NCBI RefSeq assembly: GCF_009914755.1
Contig: NC_060928.1
Direction: 5' to 3' (one strand)
From: the human T2T-CHM13v2.0 reference genome, Homo sapiens
DNA length: 64,000 bases
Every line of letters starts with the position of its first letter. Within the stretch, counting starts at the first letter, position 1. The notes beneath the pieces were generated by a model. The model saw nothing but the letters and a program-made list of their open reading frames with translations. It did no database searches and was not told the DNA's origin. This document shows positions 13,525 to 29,924 of this stretch, in pieces. Made by a program: the position numbers and the translations under genes.

Positions 13525-14557
13525 GTAAGTTTAAAAATAAAAATACATAGTGTTCTTGTTTTAGGTTCTCTATATCATGATACTTTAGGAGATATCTCTG
13601 CTGTTGACTAAATCTTTTTGTAATCCATGGCATGCTTGTCGGATGAAATGTTCTAAGTTTGGGATAAGATTACCTTTTGTTTTTACTGTGAAATTAGATA
13701 GGAGAATAAGAGTTCCCAATTGTTTCTTTTTGTCATATATGGTACATCAAGGAGGTATTATTGGCAGGTAAGTTTTCTATCTTTGTTATTGGCATAGATG
13801 CTTAAATCAGATGTCAAATTCTTATTTAAGCCATTCCAAGATGTTTGGAGAAAGCATTTTGCATTATACTTTTAAAATTAAAGATATTGAAAAAATAATG
13901 TTTCAAAATCAATTTGGAGTGTCGTGATTATCCTTTGATCATTTCATTTGCAGATATTGTGGATGCTTGGATTCTTACTTTTTCACATCTAGAATAAAAT
14001 CATTTATCATAAATAGAAAATATGTAATTTATATAGAATTGCTTACATGATGTTCTTTTTTAAAAAGATATGTACATATTAATAATTTGATTTTGAATGA
14101 ATGTCAATACAAATGTCATAAAGGAAATACCTAGATTCTACACAGCAATTTCTGCTTGATTAAATGTAAATTGGTCCCTGCTGTTTGTATGAGCAGGTTT
14201 TTGTTTGAAAATGGTATTGTGGTGTATATGTGTTTAAGAGAGAATATAAACTTAAATAAGCATCTTCAAGAAGGTTTATCATATGTTCCAAGAGCTAAAG
14301 TATAAAGACTTTATAAGACTTATTTATAAAGTTAAAATTTTAAATAACCCCAGAAACAATTTTAAGAGATTCCTGTGATTTCAAATGCATAATTAAAATT
14401 TTTTGTTTTTTTAAGTAGTGGACTTAAAATTCCATTTTAATATAAAGTTAGTTATTAATTAAAAGTTGGAGAATACAAAAATCTTCTTCTAAAAGTTTAT
14501 GTAGCTAATATGTAGCCCTGTACCTAATTCTTAGTACTCAGTAAATTTTTGAATATA

Positions 14558-16910
14558 CAGGTGTATCTCACTTTATTGTGCTTTACTGTGCTTCACAGAT
14601 ATGTTATTTTTACAAATTGAAGGTTTGTGGCAACCCTGCATTGAGCAAGTCTATCAGCACCATTTTTTTCAACAGCATGAGCTTGTTTCATATTTCTGTG
14701 TCACATTTTGGTAATTCTTAACAATATTTCAAACTTTATTATTATATCTGATTTAGTAATCTGTGATTAGTGATCTTTGATGTTACTACTGTAATTATTT
14801 TGGAATGCCACAAACTGCACCCTTAAGATGGCAAACTTAATTGATAAATGCATGTGTTCTGATTGTTCTACCAACTGGCCATTACCCATTTCTCTCCCTT
14901 TCCTCAGTCCTTTCTATACCCTGAGACACAACAATATAGAAATTAGGCCAATAATAACCCTGTGGTGGCCTTGAAATGTTGAAGTGAATGGAAGTTACAT
15001 GTCTCTGGCTTTAAATCAAAAGCTAGAAATGATTATGCCTAGTGAGGACGGCATGCCCAAAGCCAAGATAAGCCAAAAGCTAGGCCTCTTGCACCAAACA
15101 GCCAAGTTGTAAATGCAAACGAAAAGTTTTTGAAGGAAATTAAAAGTGTTACTCTAGTGAACACGTGAGTGATAAGAAAGGAGAACAGCCTTGTTGCTGA
15201 TATGGAGAAAATTTTAGTAGTCTGAATAGAAGATCAAACTAGCCATGACATTCCCCTAAACCAAAGCCTAATCCAGAGCAAGGCCCTAAATCTCTTCAAT
15301 TTTATCAAGGCTGAGAGAGGAGAGGAAGCTGGAGAAGAATAATTGAAAGCTAGCAAAGGTTGGTTTATGTGGTTGAAGGAAAAATGCCATCTCCATAACT
15401 TAAAAAATGCAAGGTGAAGCAGCAAGTGTTGATGTAGCAGCTACAGCAAATTGTCCCTGTCTAGCAAAGATCATTGTTAAAGGTGGCTACACTAAACAAC
15501 AGATTTTTCAGTGTAGATGAAACAGCTTTCCATTGGAAGAAAATGCCATCTAGAACTTTCATAGCTAGAGAGGAGAAGTCAATGTTTGTCTTCAAAGCTT
15601 CAAAGGATATGCTGACTCTGTTGTTAGGGGCGAATGCAGCTGGTATCTTTAGGTTGAAGCCAGTGCTCGTTCCATTTCAAAAATCCTTGGGCCCTTAAGA
15701 AATATGCTTAATCTACTCTGCCTGTGCTCTATAAATGGAACAAGAAAGCCTAGATGACAGCACATCTGTTAACAGCATGGTCTACCTAATATTGTAAACA
15801 TACTGTTGAAGCCTACTATTCAGAAAAAAACATTCATTTCAAAATATTACTGCTCATTCACAATGCACATATTCACCCAAAAGCTCTGATGCAGATGTAC
15901 AAGGAGATAAATGTTGTTTTCATACCTAGTAACACAACATCCATTCTGCAGCCCATGGATAAGGGAGTCATTTTGACTTTCAATCTTATTTAAGAAATAC
16001 ATTTTGTAAGGCTATATAGTGTCATAGATAGTGATTCCTCTGATGGATCTGGGAAAAGTAAATTGAAAGCTTCTGGAAAGGATTCACCAATCTAAATGCC
16101 ATTAAGAACATTTGTGATTCATGAGAGGAGGTCAAAATATCAACATGAAAAGGAGTTTGGAAGAAGTTGATTCTAACCTTCATGGGTAACCTTGAGGGGT
16201 TCAAGACTTCAGTGGAGGAAGTAACGGTCACTGTGGTGGGAAAAGCAAGATAATTGGAATTAGAAGTAGAGCCTCAATATGTGACTGAATTGCTTCAATC
16301 TCATCATAAAACTTACATGAATGAAGAGTTGCTTCTTGAGGATAAACAAAGAAAGTCATTTCTTGAGATGGACTCTACTCTTGGTGAAGCTACTATACAC
16401 ATTGTTGAAATGACAACAAAGTGTTTACACTATTACATAAACTTAGTAAAACAATAGCAGGGTTCAAGCGAATTGACTCCAATTTTGAAAGTTCTGTGGG
16501 TAAAGTGCCAACAAACAAATATTTTGTGAAAGGAAGAGTCTATCAATGCAGCAAATTTATTGTTGTCTTATTTTAAGAAACTGCCACAGCTGCCCCAATG
16601 TTCAGCAGCCACCACCCTGGATCAGTTAGCAGCCATACACATTGAAGCAAGACCCTCCACCAACAAGATTACAGCCTGCTGAAGATTCAGATGGTTATTA
16701 GCATTTTTTTTTTAGCAAGAAAGTATTTTTAATTTATGGCATGTATATTTTTGGGCATATGCTAGTGTACTTAATAGACTATAGTGTAGTATAAACATAG
16801 CTTTTATACATACTGAGAAACCAGAAAATTTGTGTGATTTGCTTTATTACGATATTCACTTTATTGTGGTGGTCTGGAACTGAACCTGCAATATCTCCAA
16901 GGTATGCCTA
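14558..16910 (+). mobile_element. Tigger1 DNA transposon, near full-length, transposase disrupted
   Basis: TA|CAGGTGTATCTC ... GGTATGCCTA|TA termini. ORF 15474-15698 has the pogo-type DDE motif FSVDETAFHWKKMPSRTFIAREEKSM. Confidence 0.93.
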
Positions 16911-18008
16911 TATAAATAAAATTAATTCTTCATTTATACAATAATACTAGTTTGCCAATAACCTCTGTACTTCAGAAATACAGAGTGGAAATTATCAGTT
17001 CTTAAATGGTTGTCTGAGAGAAGCTCCACAGAACCATCCTCAGCAGGAAACTGTAACTAGTGAAAACTATTTTTTTAAAAGTATTTAAAGTCTCTGGTAA
17101 TTATCCTAAGGTTACATAAAAAGTCATCAAAGAAGAAAACATTTATTTGAGAAAAGCTACTAAATCTCGGTAAAAATAATTTGTGGCCCTTGAGTCATGA
17201 CCTGCTTTTTGCCTCCCCTCACCCCCAGATTAGCATGACAGAAGCTTCAATTCAGCCATGTGTGGCCAGGAAGATGGGGCTCCATTTCCCTCCAGCTTCT
17301 AGTTGACGGTTACAATATCTCCACAGGAGGGGCAGATGGCCAGTATTTCTTATCTCCCTCACCTCCATTGCAGATGCTAAATTCTAGAGAGTACCATCAG
17401 GAAGTTGTCAGATTCCTTCCCATAGGGCAGAGATCTGGCCCAAAAGCTCTGACTCCACTCAGCAGGCCAAAAATACTAGGGCCTCAACGGCTTTCACCTC
17501 ATTTTGTTTATAGAGGGGACAGAGGTTCCACATGGGAAAGGCAAGCTGAGAAGACCAGAGGCTACCACCCTCACCAGTGTCTTTCTCACAAAGCAGAAGT
17601 GTCACTCCAAGAGAAGTAGGCCACTGTCCACAATCCGGCTCCAGGGCAAATGACTCAGAGATTTTGGCCAGAATGGGAGACAGCTTTAACAACAGTAACT
17701 CTGAAGCTCTCCTCAAAGAACTAACTTTATATGGAGTATAGGAAAGTTCCAACCTAATGGGGCTCTGAACAATGAAGATTTTAATAGCAAACACTTAAGA
17801 GTAACAAGCTAAAAGCATAGCAGCTGGTTTACCAGAGAAAGCCAGAGACAGAGATAACTAGGAGGAGTCCTGATGGGATAGGACAAACCTCAAAGACTGG
17901 CCACAAAAATGACCTCACAAAGGACCATACGTTTAATTGAATCAGACTGTGGTACAATTTATGCATGAGGACATTGTTGAAAACAGTAGAATAATCAGCT
18001 GGCAATTA

Positions 18009-18299
<291 letters not shown>

Positions 18300-18527
18300 T
18301 CAAGGCGGCATACTCTGAAGTACATCAGAGGCTTCACACTTTGGGAGAAACAGACTTAAATGAAATATTTCAACCAAGTCACTAAACAAATAAGCAAATA
18401 ACAATCATGAGCCCCAGCTGCTTGTAAGATGGCTTAGATGTTGTACTTAACCAAATAAAACTTCAAAGCAGCCATTATAAATATATTCAAAGAACTAAAG
18501 GAAGCCATGCTTAAAAAAGTAAAGTAA

Positions 18528-18822
18528 GGCCAGATGCAGTGGCTCACACCTGTAATCATAGCATTTTGGGAAGCTGAGGCAGGACAATCGCTTGAGCCCA
18601 GGAATTTGGGACCAGCCCAGGCAACATGGCAAAACCCTGTCTCTACAAAATAGAAAAAAAATTAGCTGGGTGTAGTGGCATGCACCTGTTGTCCCAGCTA
18701 CTCAGGAGGCTGAGATGCGAGGATCACTTTTGCCCAGGAGGTCAAGGCTGCAGTGAGCTGTGGTTATGCCATTACACTCCAGCCTAGGCAACAGGTGAGA
18801 CCTGGTCTAAAAAAAAAAAAAA
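18528..18822 (+). mobile_element. AluJ
   Basis: GAGCCCAGGA and GAGGTCAAGGCTGCAGTGAGC J-type diagnostics; TSD ~GTAAAGTAA. Confidence 0.92.
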
Positions 18823-20051
18823 GGTAAAGTAAGGTGTGATGACAATGTCTCCTCTAATACAGAAGGTTTTAAAGAGATAGAAATTACATTTTTAAAGTAC
18901 CAGACCGAAATTCTGGCGTTGAAAAGTACAATAATTGAAATGAAAATTTTACTGGAAGGACTCAAAAGTATATTTGAAAAAGCAGAGAAGAATCAGTGAA
19001 CTTGGAAGACATCATAAGAAATTGTCATTCAGCAGTTCCAAGATGGCCGAATAGGAACAGCTCCAGTCTACAGCTCCCAGAGTGAGCGATGCAGAAGACG
19101 GGTGATTTCTGCATTTCCAACTGAGGTACCGGGTTCACCTCACTGGGGCTCGTCGAACAGTGGAGGCAGGACAGTGGGTGCAGCCCACCGAGTGTGAGCC
19201 GAAGCAGGGTGAGGCATTGCCTCACCCAGGAAGCACAAGGGGTCAGGGAATTCCCTTTTCTAGCCAAGAGAAGGGGTGACAGACGGCACCTGGAAAATCG
19301 GGTCACTCCCACCCTAATACTGCACTTTTCCAAAGGTCTTAGCAAACGGCACACCAGGACATTATATCCCACCCCTGGCTCGAGGGTCCTACGCCCACAG
19401 AGCCTCACTCATTGCTAGCACAGCAGTCTGAGATTGAACTGCAAGTCAGCAGCAAGGCTGGGGGAGGGGCGACCGACATTGCTGAGGCTTGAGTAGGTAA
19501 ACAAAGTGACTAGGAAGCTCGAACTGGGTGGAGCGCACCTCAGCTCAAGGAGGCCTGCCTGCCTCTGTAGATTTCACCTCTGGGGGCCGGGCATAGCCGA
19601 ACAAAAGGCAGCAGAAACCTCTGCAGACTTAAACGTCCCTGTTCGACAGCTTGAAGAGCAGTGGTTCTCCCAGCATGGAGTTTGAGATCTGAGAACAGAC
19701 AGACGGCCTCCTCAAGTGGGTCCCTGACCCCTGAGTAGCCTAACTGGGAGTCATCCCCCAGTAGGGGCAGACTGACACTTCACATGGCCAGGTACCCCTC
19801 TGAGATGAAGCTTCCAGAGGAATGATCAGGCAGCAACATTTGCTCTTCAGCTATATTCGCTGTTCTGCAGCCTCCGCTGCTGATACCCAGGCAAACAGGG
19901 TCTGGAGTGGACTTCCAGCAAACTCCAACAGACCTGCAGCTGAGGGTCCTGACTGTTAGAAGTAAAACTAACAAACAGAAAGGACATCCACACCAAAATC
20001 CCATCTATACGTCACCATCATCAAAGACCAAAGGTAGATAAAACCACAAAG

Positions 20052-21033
20052 ATGGGGAAAAAACAGAGCAGAAAAGCTGAAATTTCTAAAAGTCAGAGCA
20101 CCACTCCCCTTCTAAAGGAATGCAGCTCCTCACCAGCAACGGAAAAAAGCTGGATGGAGAATGACTTTGACGAGTTGAGAGAAGAAGGCTTCAGATGACC
20201 AAACTGCTCTGAGCTAATGCCTTGAAAAAGATTAGACGAGTGGCTAACTAGAATAACCACTGTAGAGAAGTACGTAAGTGACCTGATGGAGCTGAAAACC
20301 ATGGCATGAGAACTACGTGACAAATGCAGAAGCTTCAGTAGCCAATTCGATCAACTGGAAGAAAGGGTATCAGTGATTGAAGATGAAATGAGTGAAATGA
20401 AGCGAGAAGAGAAGTTTAGAGAAAAAAGAATAAAAAGAAATGTCAACAAAGCCTCCAAGAAATATGGGACTGTGTGAAAAGACCAAATCTGTGTCTGATT
20501 GGTGTACCTGAAAGTGATGGGGAGAATGGATCCAAGATGGAAAACACCCTGCAGGATATTATCCAGGAGAAATTCCCCAACCTAGCAAGGCAGGCCAACA
20601 TTCAAATTAAGGAAATACAGAGAATGCCACAAAGATACACCTCGAGAAGAGCAACCCCAAGACACATAATTGTCGGACTCATCAAGTTGAAGTGAAGGAA
20701 AAAATCTTAAGGGCAGCCAGAGAGAAAGGTTGGGTTACCCACAAAGGGAATCCCATCAGCCTAACAGCGGATCTCTCGGCAGAAACTCTACAAGCCAGAA
20801 GGGAGTGGGGGCCAATATTCAACATTCTTAAAGAAAAGAATTTTCAACCCAGAATTTCATATCCAGACAAACAAAGCTTTGTAAATGAAGGAGAAATAAA
20901 ATCCTTTACATACAAGCAAATGCTGAGAGATTTTGTCACCACCAGGCCTGCCCTACAAGAGCTCCTGAAGGAAGCACTAAACATGGAAAGGAACAAGCGG
21001 TACCAGCCACTATAAAAACATGACAAATTGTAA
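20052..21033 (+). pseudogene. L1 ORF1p, disrupted
   Basis: ATGGGGAAAAAACAG start; fragments KRPNLCLIGVPE and EKILRAAREKG; stops, frameshifts and a small deletion near 20218. Confidence 0.9.
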
Positions 21034-21096
21034 AGACCAGCGATACTAGGAAGAAACTGCATCAACTAGCGAACAAAATAACCAGCTAACGTCATA

Positions 21097-24924
<3,828 letters not shown>

Positions 24925-25929
24925 ACAATGAGAACACTTGGACACAGGAAGGGGAACTTCACGCACTGGGGCCTGTTTTGGGGTGGGGGGAAGGGGGAGG
25001 GAAAGCATTAGGAGATATACCTAATGTAAATGGCAAGTTAATGGGTGCAGCAAACCAACATGGCACATGTATACATATGTAACAAGCCTGCATGTTGTGC
25101 ACATGTACCCTAGAACTTAAAGTATAATAATAATAAAAAAGAAATTAAAAGGGGTAAGAAAAAGAAAAAAAAAGAAATTATGTCATTCAAAGAACAAAGA
25201 AAATAACAAACAGAGCCTCAGAGAAGTTTAGGACAACATGCTCACCAACAAATTTATAATAGGACTATCAGATGGAGAGGAGAGAGAGAAAGGAGCAGAA
25301 GTATTTGAAGAAAGAATGGCTGAAAATGTCTCAAATTTGATGAAAAACATTAATCTACACATCCAAGAAACTCATCCAAGAAACTCAACAAACTGAAAGT
25401 AGGATAACCACAGATATCCATACCCAGACATATCATAGTCAAACTGTCAAAAGCCAAAGGTGATGAAACAATCTCAAAAGTGCTGAAATAAATATTGAAT
25501 GGCATTTTTTTTCTTTTATTTAACTCACGTTTCAGTAGTTCTGTCTTCAAATATCTTTGTGGCCTTAGGCAATTCACCAGAACTTCATGGGCCTTCATAT
25601 TATTGTCATTAAGCTGAGAGTTTAGACTAAACTGTCTTTATGTAGATATCAGAGGTACAAAAAAAAAGTTTGTATGATTTGCCATAAAAGGAACAATTAG
25701 ATTTTTCCATAAAAGTATTGATTACAGATTGTTTATTCTTTTTAAATGTGGATTTTAAAATTCTTTTATCTCAAGAGTTATTAGTTAGTGGGATTTTATC
25801 TGTTGAAAGTTTCATAATTTGTTATGCAGGAAAATTCTATTGGTTTTGTCCTAAAGAAAGAATAGTTATATTGTCTTTAATCTATGGGTATTTTATTACA
25901 TTTCTTTACTGCTACTAAAAAGTAAATTG

Positions 25930-26630
25930 GCCTTCCTATTTTTCTCTCTTGCTGAATGCTGGCCACCCCTGCTTTTAATCCATGTTCTACAGTAAAGTCA
26001 GAGTGGTCTTTTAAAAACACTAATCAATTCATGTCACTTGTTTGATTAAAACCAAAAGACCCACATTTTTCACAAGAGTCTACATGACCCTGCATTACCT
26101 GGCCCACCTCTCCGGGTGGATTGTTCACTTCTCTCCCTGACACTCTGGCATTCTATATTCCAGCCACCCTGATCTTTAACTTCATAAGTTCACTATACTC
26201 CTTTCTACCTCAGTCCTATAAGATCTGCAATTCCTTTTATAAGCAAGACTGTTACCCTCCCCTCTTCACCTAGTCAACTCCTATTTTTACTTCATTTCTC
26301 AATTTTGGACTTAACAGACAAAAACTTCAAAGCAGCCATTATAAATATATTCAGAGAGCCAAAGGAAACCATGCTTAAAGAAATAATCATTTACTCAGAT
26401 ACACCTTCCCTGACCAACCCGTCACTCATCTGCACAAACACAAAGTGATGGCTATCTAATATGTGCTTTTGAAGTACTGTGTAGTACTTTCCATACTTTT
26501 TGTTTATAGTGCTTATCACAGTTTATTTGATTATTTTATAATTGTCTCTCCCGGGTAAATTCTTAAGTATTTTGGTCCTTATTGTTAATTCCAATGCCTA
26601 GTATACTGTAGATACTGAGTAAAAATTTTC
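25930..26630 (+). mobile_element. L2 LINE 3' region, interrupted by an L1 fragment at 26305-26386
   Basis: L2-like motifs (CAGAGTGGTCTTTTAAAA, CCTTCCCTGACC, TACTGAGTAAAAATT). Confidence 0.6.
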
Positions 26631-27803
26631 CTTAACATCGTGTACTTGTTTTCATTGATGGGGTTATCTTTTTCATTATTGAGAAGGAAGCTTTCTTCTT
26701 TTATCTAAAAGCTTAATGTTAGTAATTTGTAGGCTAATTGATATTTTACCATCATTTTATCGGGCTCTAGATTTCCTTAGATTTTAGTATAGTTGTAATG
26801 AATCCTTTTTTATGAACTGACTCATAAACAGATTAGTTAATGTCACACAAAGACATAAAAAAACCCCACATAAACTAAATATCTACCACTTGGCAAAAAT
26901 TTAACTAACTCACTAAAAGTTTTTGGTCCTTCTTATGCCATTTTGATCCAGAACATGAAACTGTTGTGACACCAAACATATGAACACATAAATTATAATA
27001 TCAGCCAAAGGCCAATAATGGCATGACTCATAGTAATCTGTGACTATTCTACTTCAGTGTGTGGGTAGAGAGAGTATACATTTGAGAAGTTTGTCCCATT
27101 TGGTCACCAGAGATAAGAGGATTGCCATTTTTAAGTTACAACTACAAAGCCTCTTTGGTGGTGGTAAAAAGGGGCTTGACAGGTAATAAATCTGCCTCAT
27201 TTGGTAAACAGAGTCAGTGAGGGCATCTGTTTTAAATGAGAGCAGTAACAAGTTCTCCAAATAATGCCAGAACTAACCCTTAAGGGAGCATTCATTTTTA
27301 TCTTTTCCACATGTAAGTGACTTACATGCAAGAAAACTTCTAAGAAAACTTATAAGTAACTGAACTAATAAGTGGATGCATATTTTGAGAAAAAGCAGAA
27401 TGAGCATCAGTAAATATTTATTGATCTACCTCTGATGAAACCTGTGTTGGTGGGGACATCTGAGAGTGTTGATGAATGCCAGTGACTCTGATAGAAAAAA
27501 AATACTGATTCTTATACTATGTGTAAACGATACCACCTTTGATGGGCTTACATTCTAGTTAAGGGGGCAGGACACAAACATACAAAATATTCTGAAATTG
27601 TTTTAAAGTGTTTATATAAAGCATTAGGTGCTAAGTCAGTATCACAAACCGTAAGTACTATAGGAGTATGCTTTAACCTTTATTTTCCATTTCTATTAAT
27701 ATTTTAGTCCAAATTGTATTGTTTTTAGATTTTACATAATTTTTTCAGTCATAGGTCTCATGACTTCTCCTGCTTTTAGTACTTTGGAAATGACTAAATA
27801 AGC

Positions 27804-28212
27804 CTGTTTTAAATGCTGTAGTAAGAACACTTATCACAAGGTCTATCCTCTTAATACCTTTTTAAGTGTACAGTATAGTAGTATTAACTATAGGCACAGT
27901 GCTGTACAGCAGATCTTTAGAATTCAGTCATCTCCCATGACAGAAACATTATACCAATTGAATAGCAGCTCCATATTCCCCCTGCCCCCGGGCCCAGCAG
28001 TCACCATTCAACTGCTGCTATATGTTTGACTGTTTTAGATACCTCATGTAGTAGAATCATGTAATATTTGTTCTTCTGTGACTGCCTTATTTCATTTCAT
28101 ATAATGTCCTCCAGGATCATGTGGCCTCATGTAACTCATTTTCTTCTCTATAATGACTGAATAATATTCCATTGTATTGTATATACTACATTTTCTTTAT
28201 CCTTTCATCTGT
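27804..28212 (-). mobile_element. L1MA/L1MB 3' end, 5'-truncated
   Basis: L1M 3'UTR motifs (AACTATAGGCACAGTGCTGTACAGCAGATCT); 10-bp TSD CTAAATAAGC at 27794 and 28213. Confidence 0.8.
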
Positions 28213-28785
28213 CTAAATAAGCTTTAATGTGGATCTCTATCCCCATAACATAAATAGATGGATAATTACAACATCTAAGCATCTCTCTTTGGGAATTATG
28301 TAAAAATAAATTTTCCTTATATGGATAATTACTAAGAAAACACTTTCATGGTGATACTTTTTAATTATTCATTTTACAATTAGTCTGAATTATTAGAAAT
28401 TTATTTTAACTAATAAAAACGTATGTAATTGTATGCATTGTAAATATTCTGTTTTCAGAAATTGAGTTCTGTTTTTTCCTTTCAGAAAAAATTGTGTGTG
28501 TGCATGTGTGTGTGTGTGCATGTGTGTAATAAGACAGAAGAAAGCCTGTTCTTGTCATTAATTACAGGCATTCCTTTAGCAGAGCTGCCTAGCAACACAG
28601 TTGCTGTATAGGAAAATTGTCAATGTATAGCAAATTTAATATTCCTGGCCATGTTCTTGGTCATAGCCGATTTATTGGATTTTGTGACTACACTGCAAAA
28701 TTAGATGTCATGTGGCATTGCTGTGTTTACATACAGATGAGAAAATATCCAGTAATCCTTCTTTAAAGAAAATCTGGGCCTATGT

Positions 28786-29149
<364 letters not shown>

Positions 29150-29924
29150 TCATGTTAATGTTCCTAAATTTTACAGGCAACAATGCTGAATATTATAGAA
29201 ATAATGTTTTTAGTAATAAGCCAATCCTTTAGTATTCCAGTGTTAAGTTAGTTTTTATTTTGCATGAAATTCTTAAAGTACCCATTTTTAAGTGTTGTAA
29301 GTTTTAAATTATGTCAGTTTCAAAATGTATTCAAACAGAAGACAACTCTTATTTAATGGAAGTAAACTGAGTAGTTTGACAGTACCATTTTCAGACTTCA
29401 ATACTGAGTGGAATTTTCACAAACTACGTAAGTTAACATATTGTCCAAAGTATATAAAATATTCATAGGAAAGAATTCATATATAGTAAAAGGGAAGACA
29501 TGGAGATTTACTCTTTCTGTTGTATGACGAATCTTCCATCATATGCTTGGTTTATCTGGCATATACTTAGTAGTAGTCCTGAGATACTGAAGTGTGACAT
29601 AGTTATAGATATTTTAACGCTATTGAATGGAGTTAAAAAGGTCCAAATGTGTCAGATATTCTTTGTTCATGTATCTAGTTAGATTATTTGGTGTATGTTC
29701 TGATATAGGCACTGTGTTAGGTGCTAGCAAAAGAAGATATTTATTAAGCTCACAACTTAGTGAAAAATGAAGAGAAAGACAAATTCATAGTTATAATTTG
29801 ATAAATCCCCCAATAGAAATATATATAAATTCTATGCAAATATAGATAAAGGGAAAATAAATTCTGGGAGTAGTGCAGAACTTAGTGATGGCTTCAGAAT
29901 AGAAATATAATATTATAAGAAATG

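Noticed and set aside
19025-19480. 127-aa antisense ORF resembling L1 ORF0 (EPGVGY...IRVGVTRFSRC)
   Set aside because: The frame from the ORF0-position ATG (~19480) reaches a TGA after ...ASNE, and a 1-nt deletion follows. The listed ORF starts at GTG, so this is a disrupted ORF0.
26818-27030. Two AP-1 motifs (TGACTCA) ~200 nt apart
   Set aside because: 7-mers occur by chance; there is no independent support for an enhancer.
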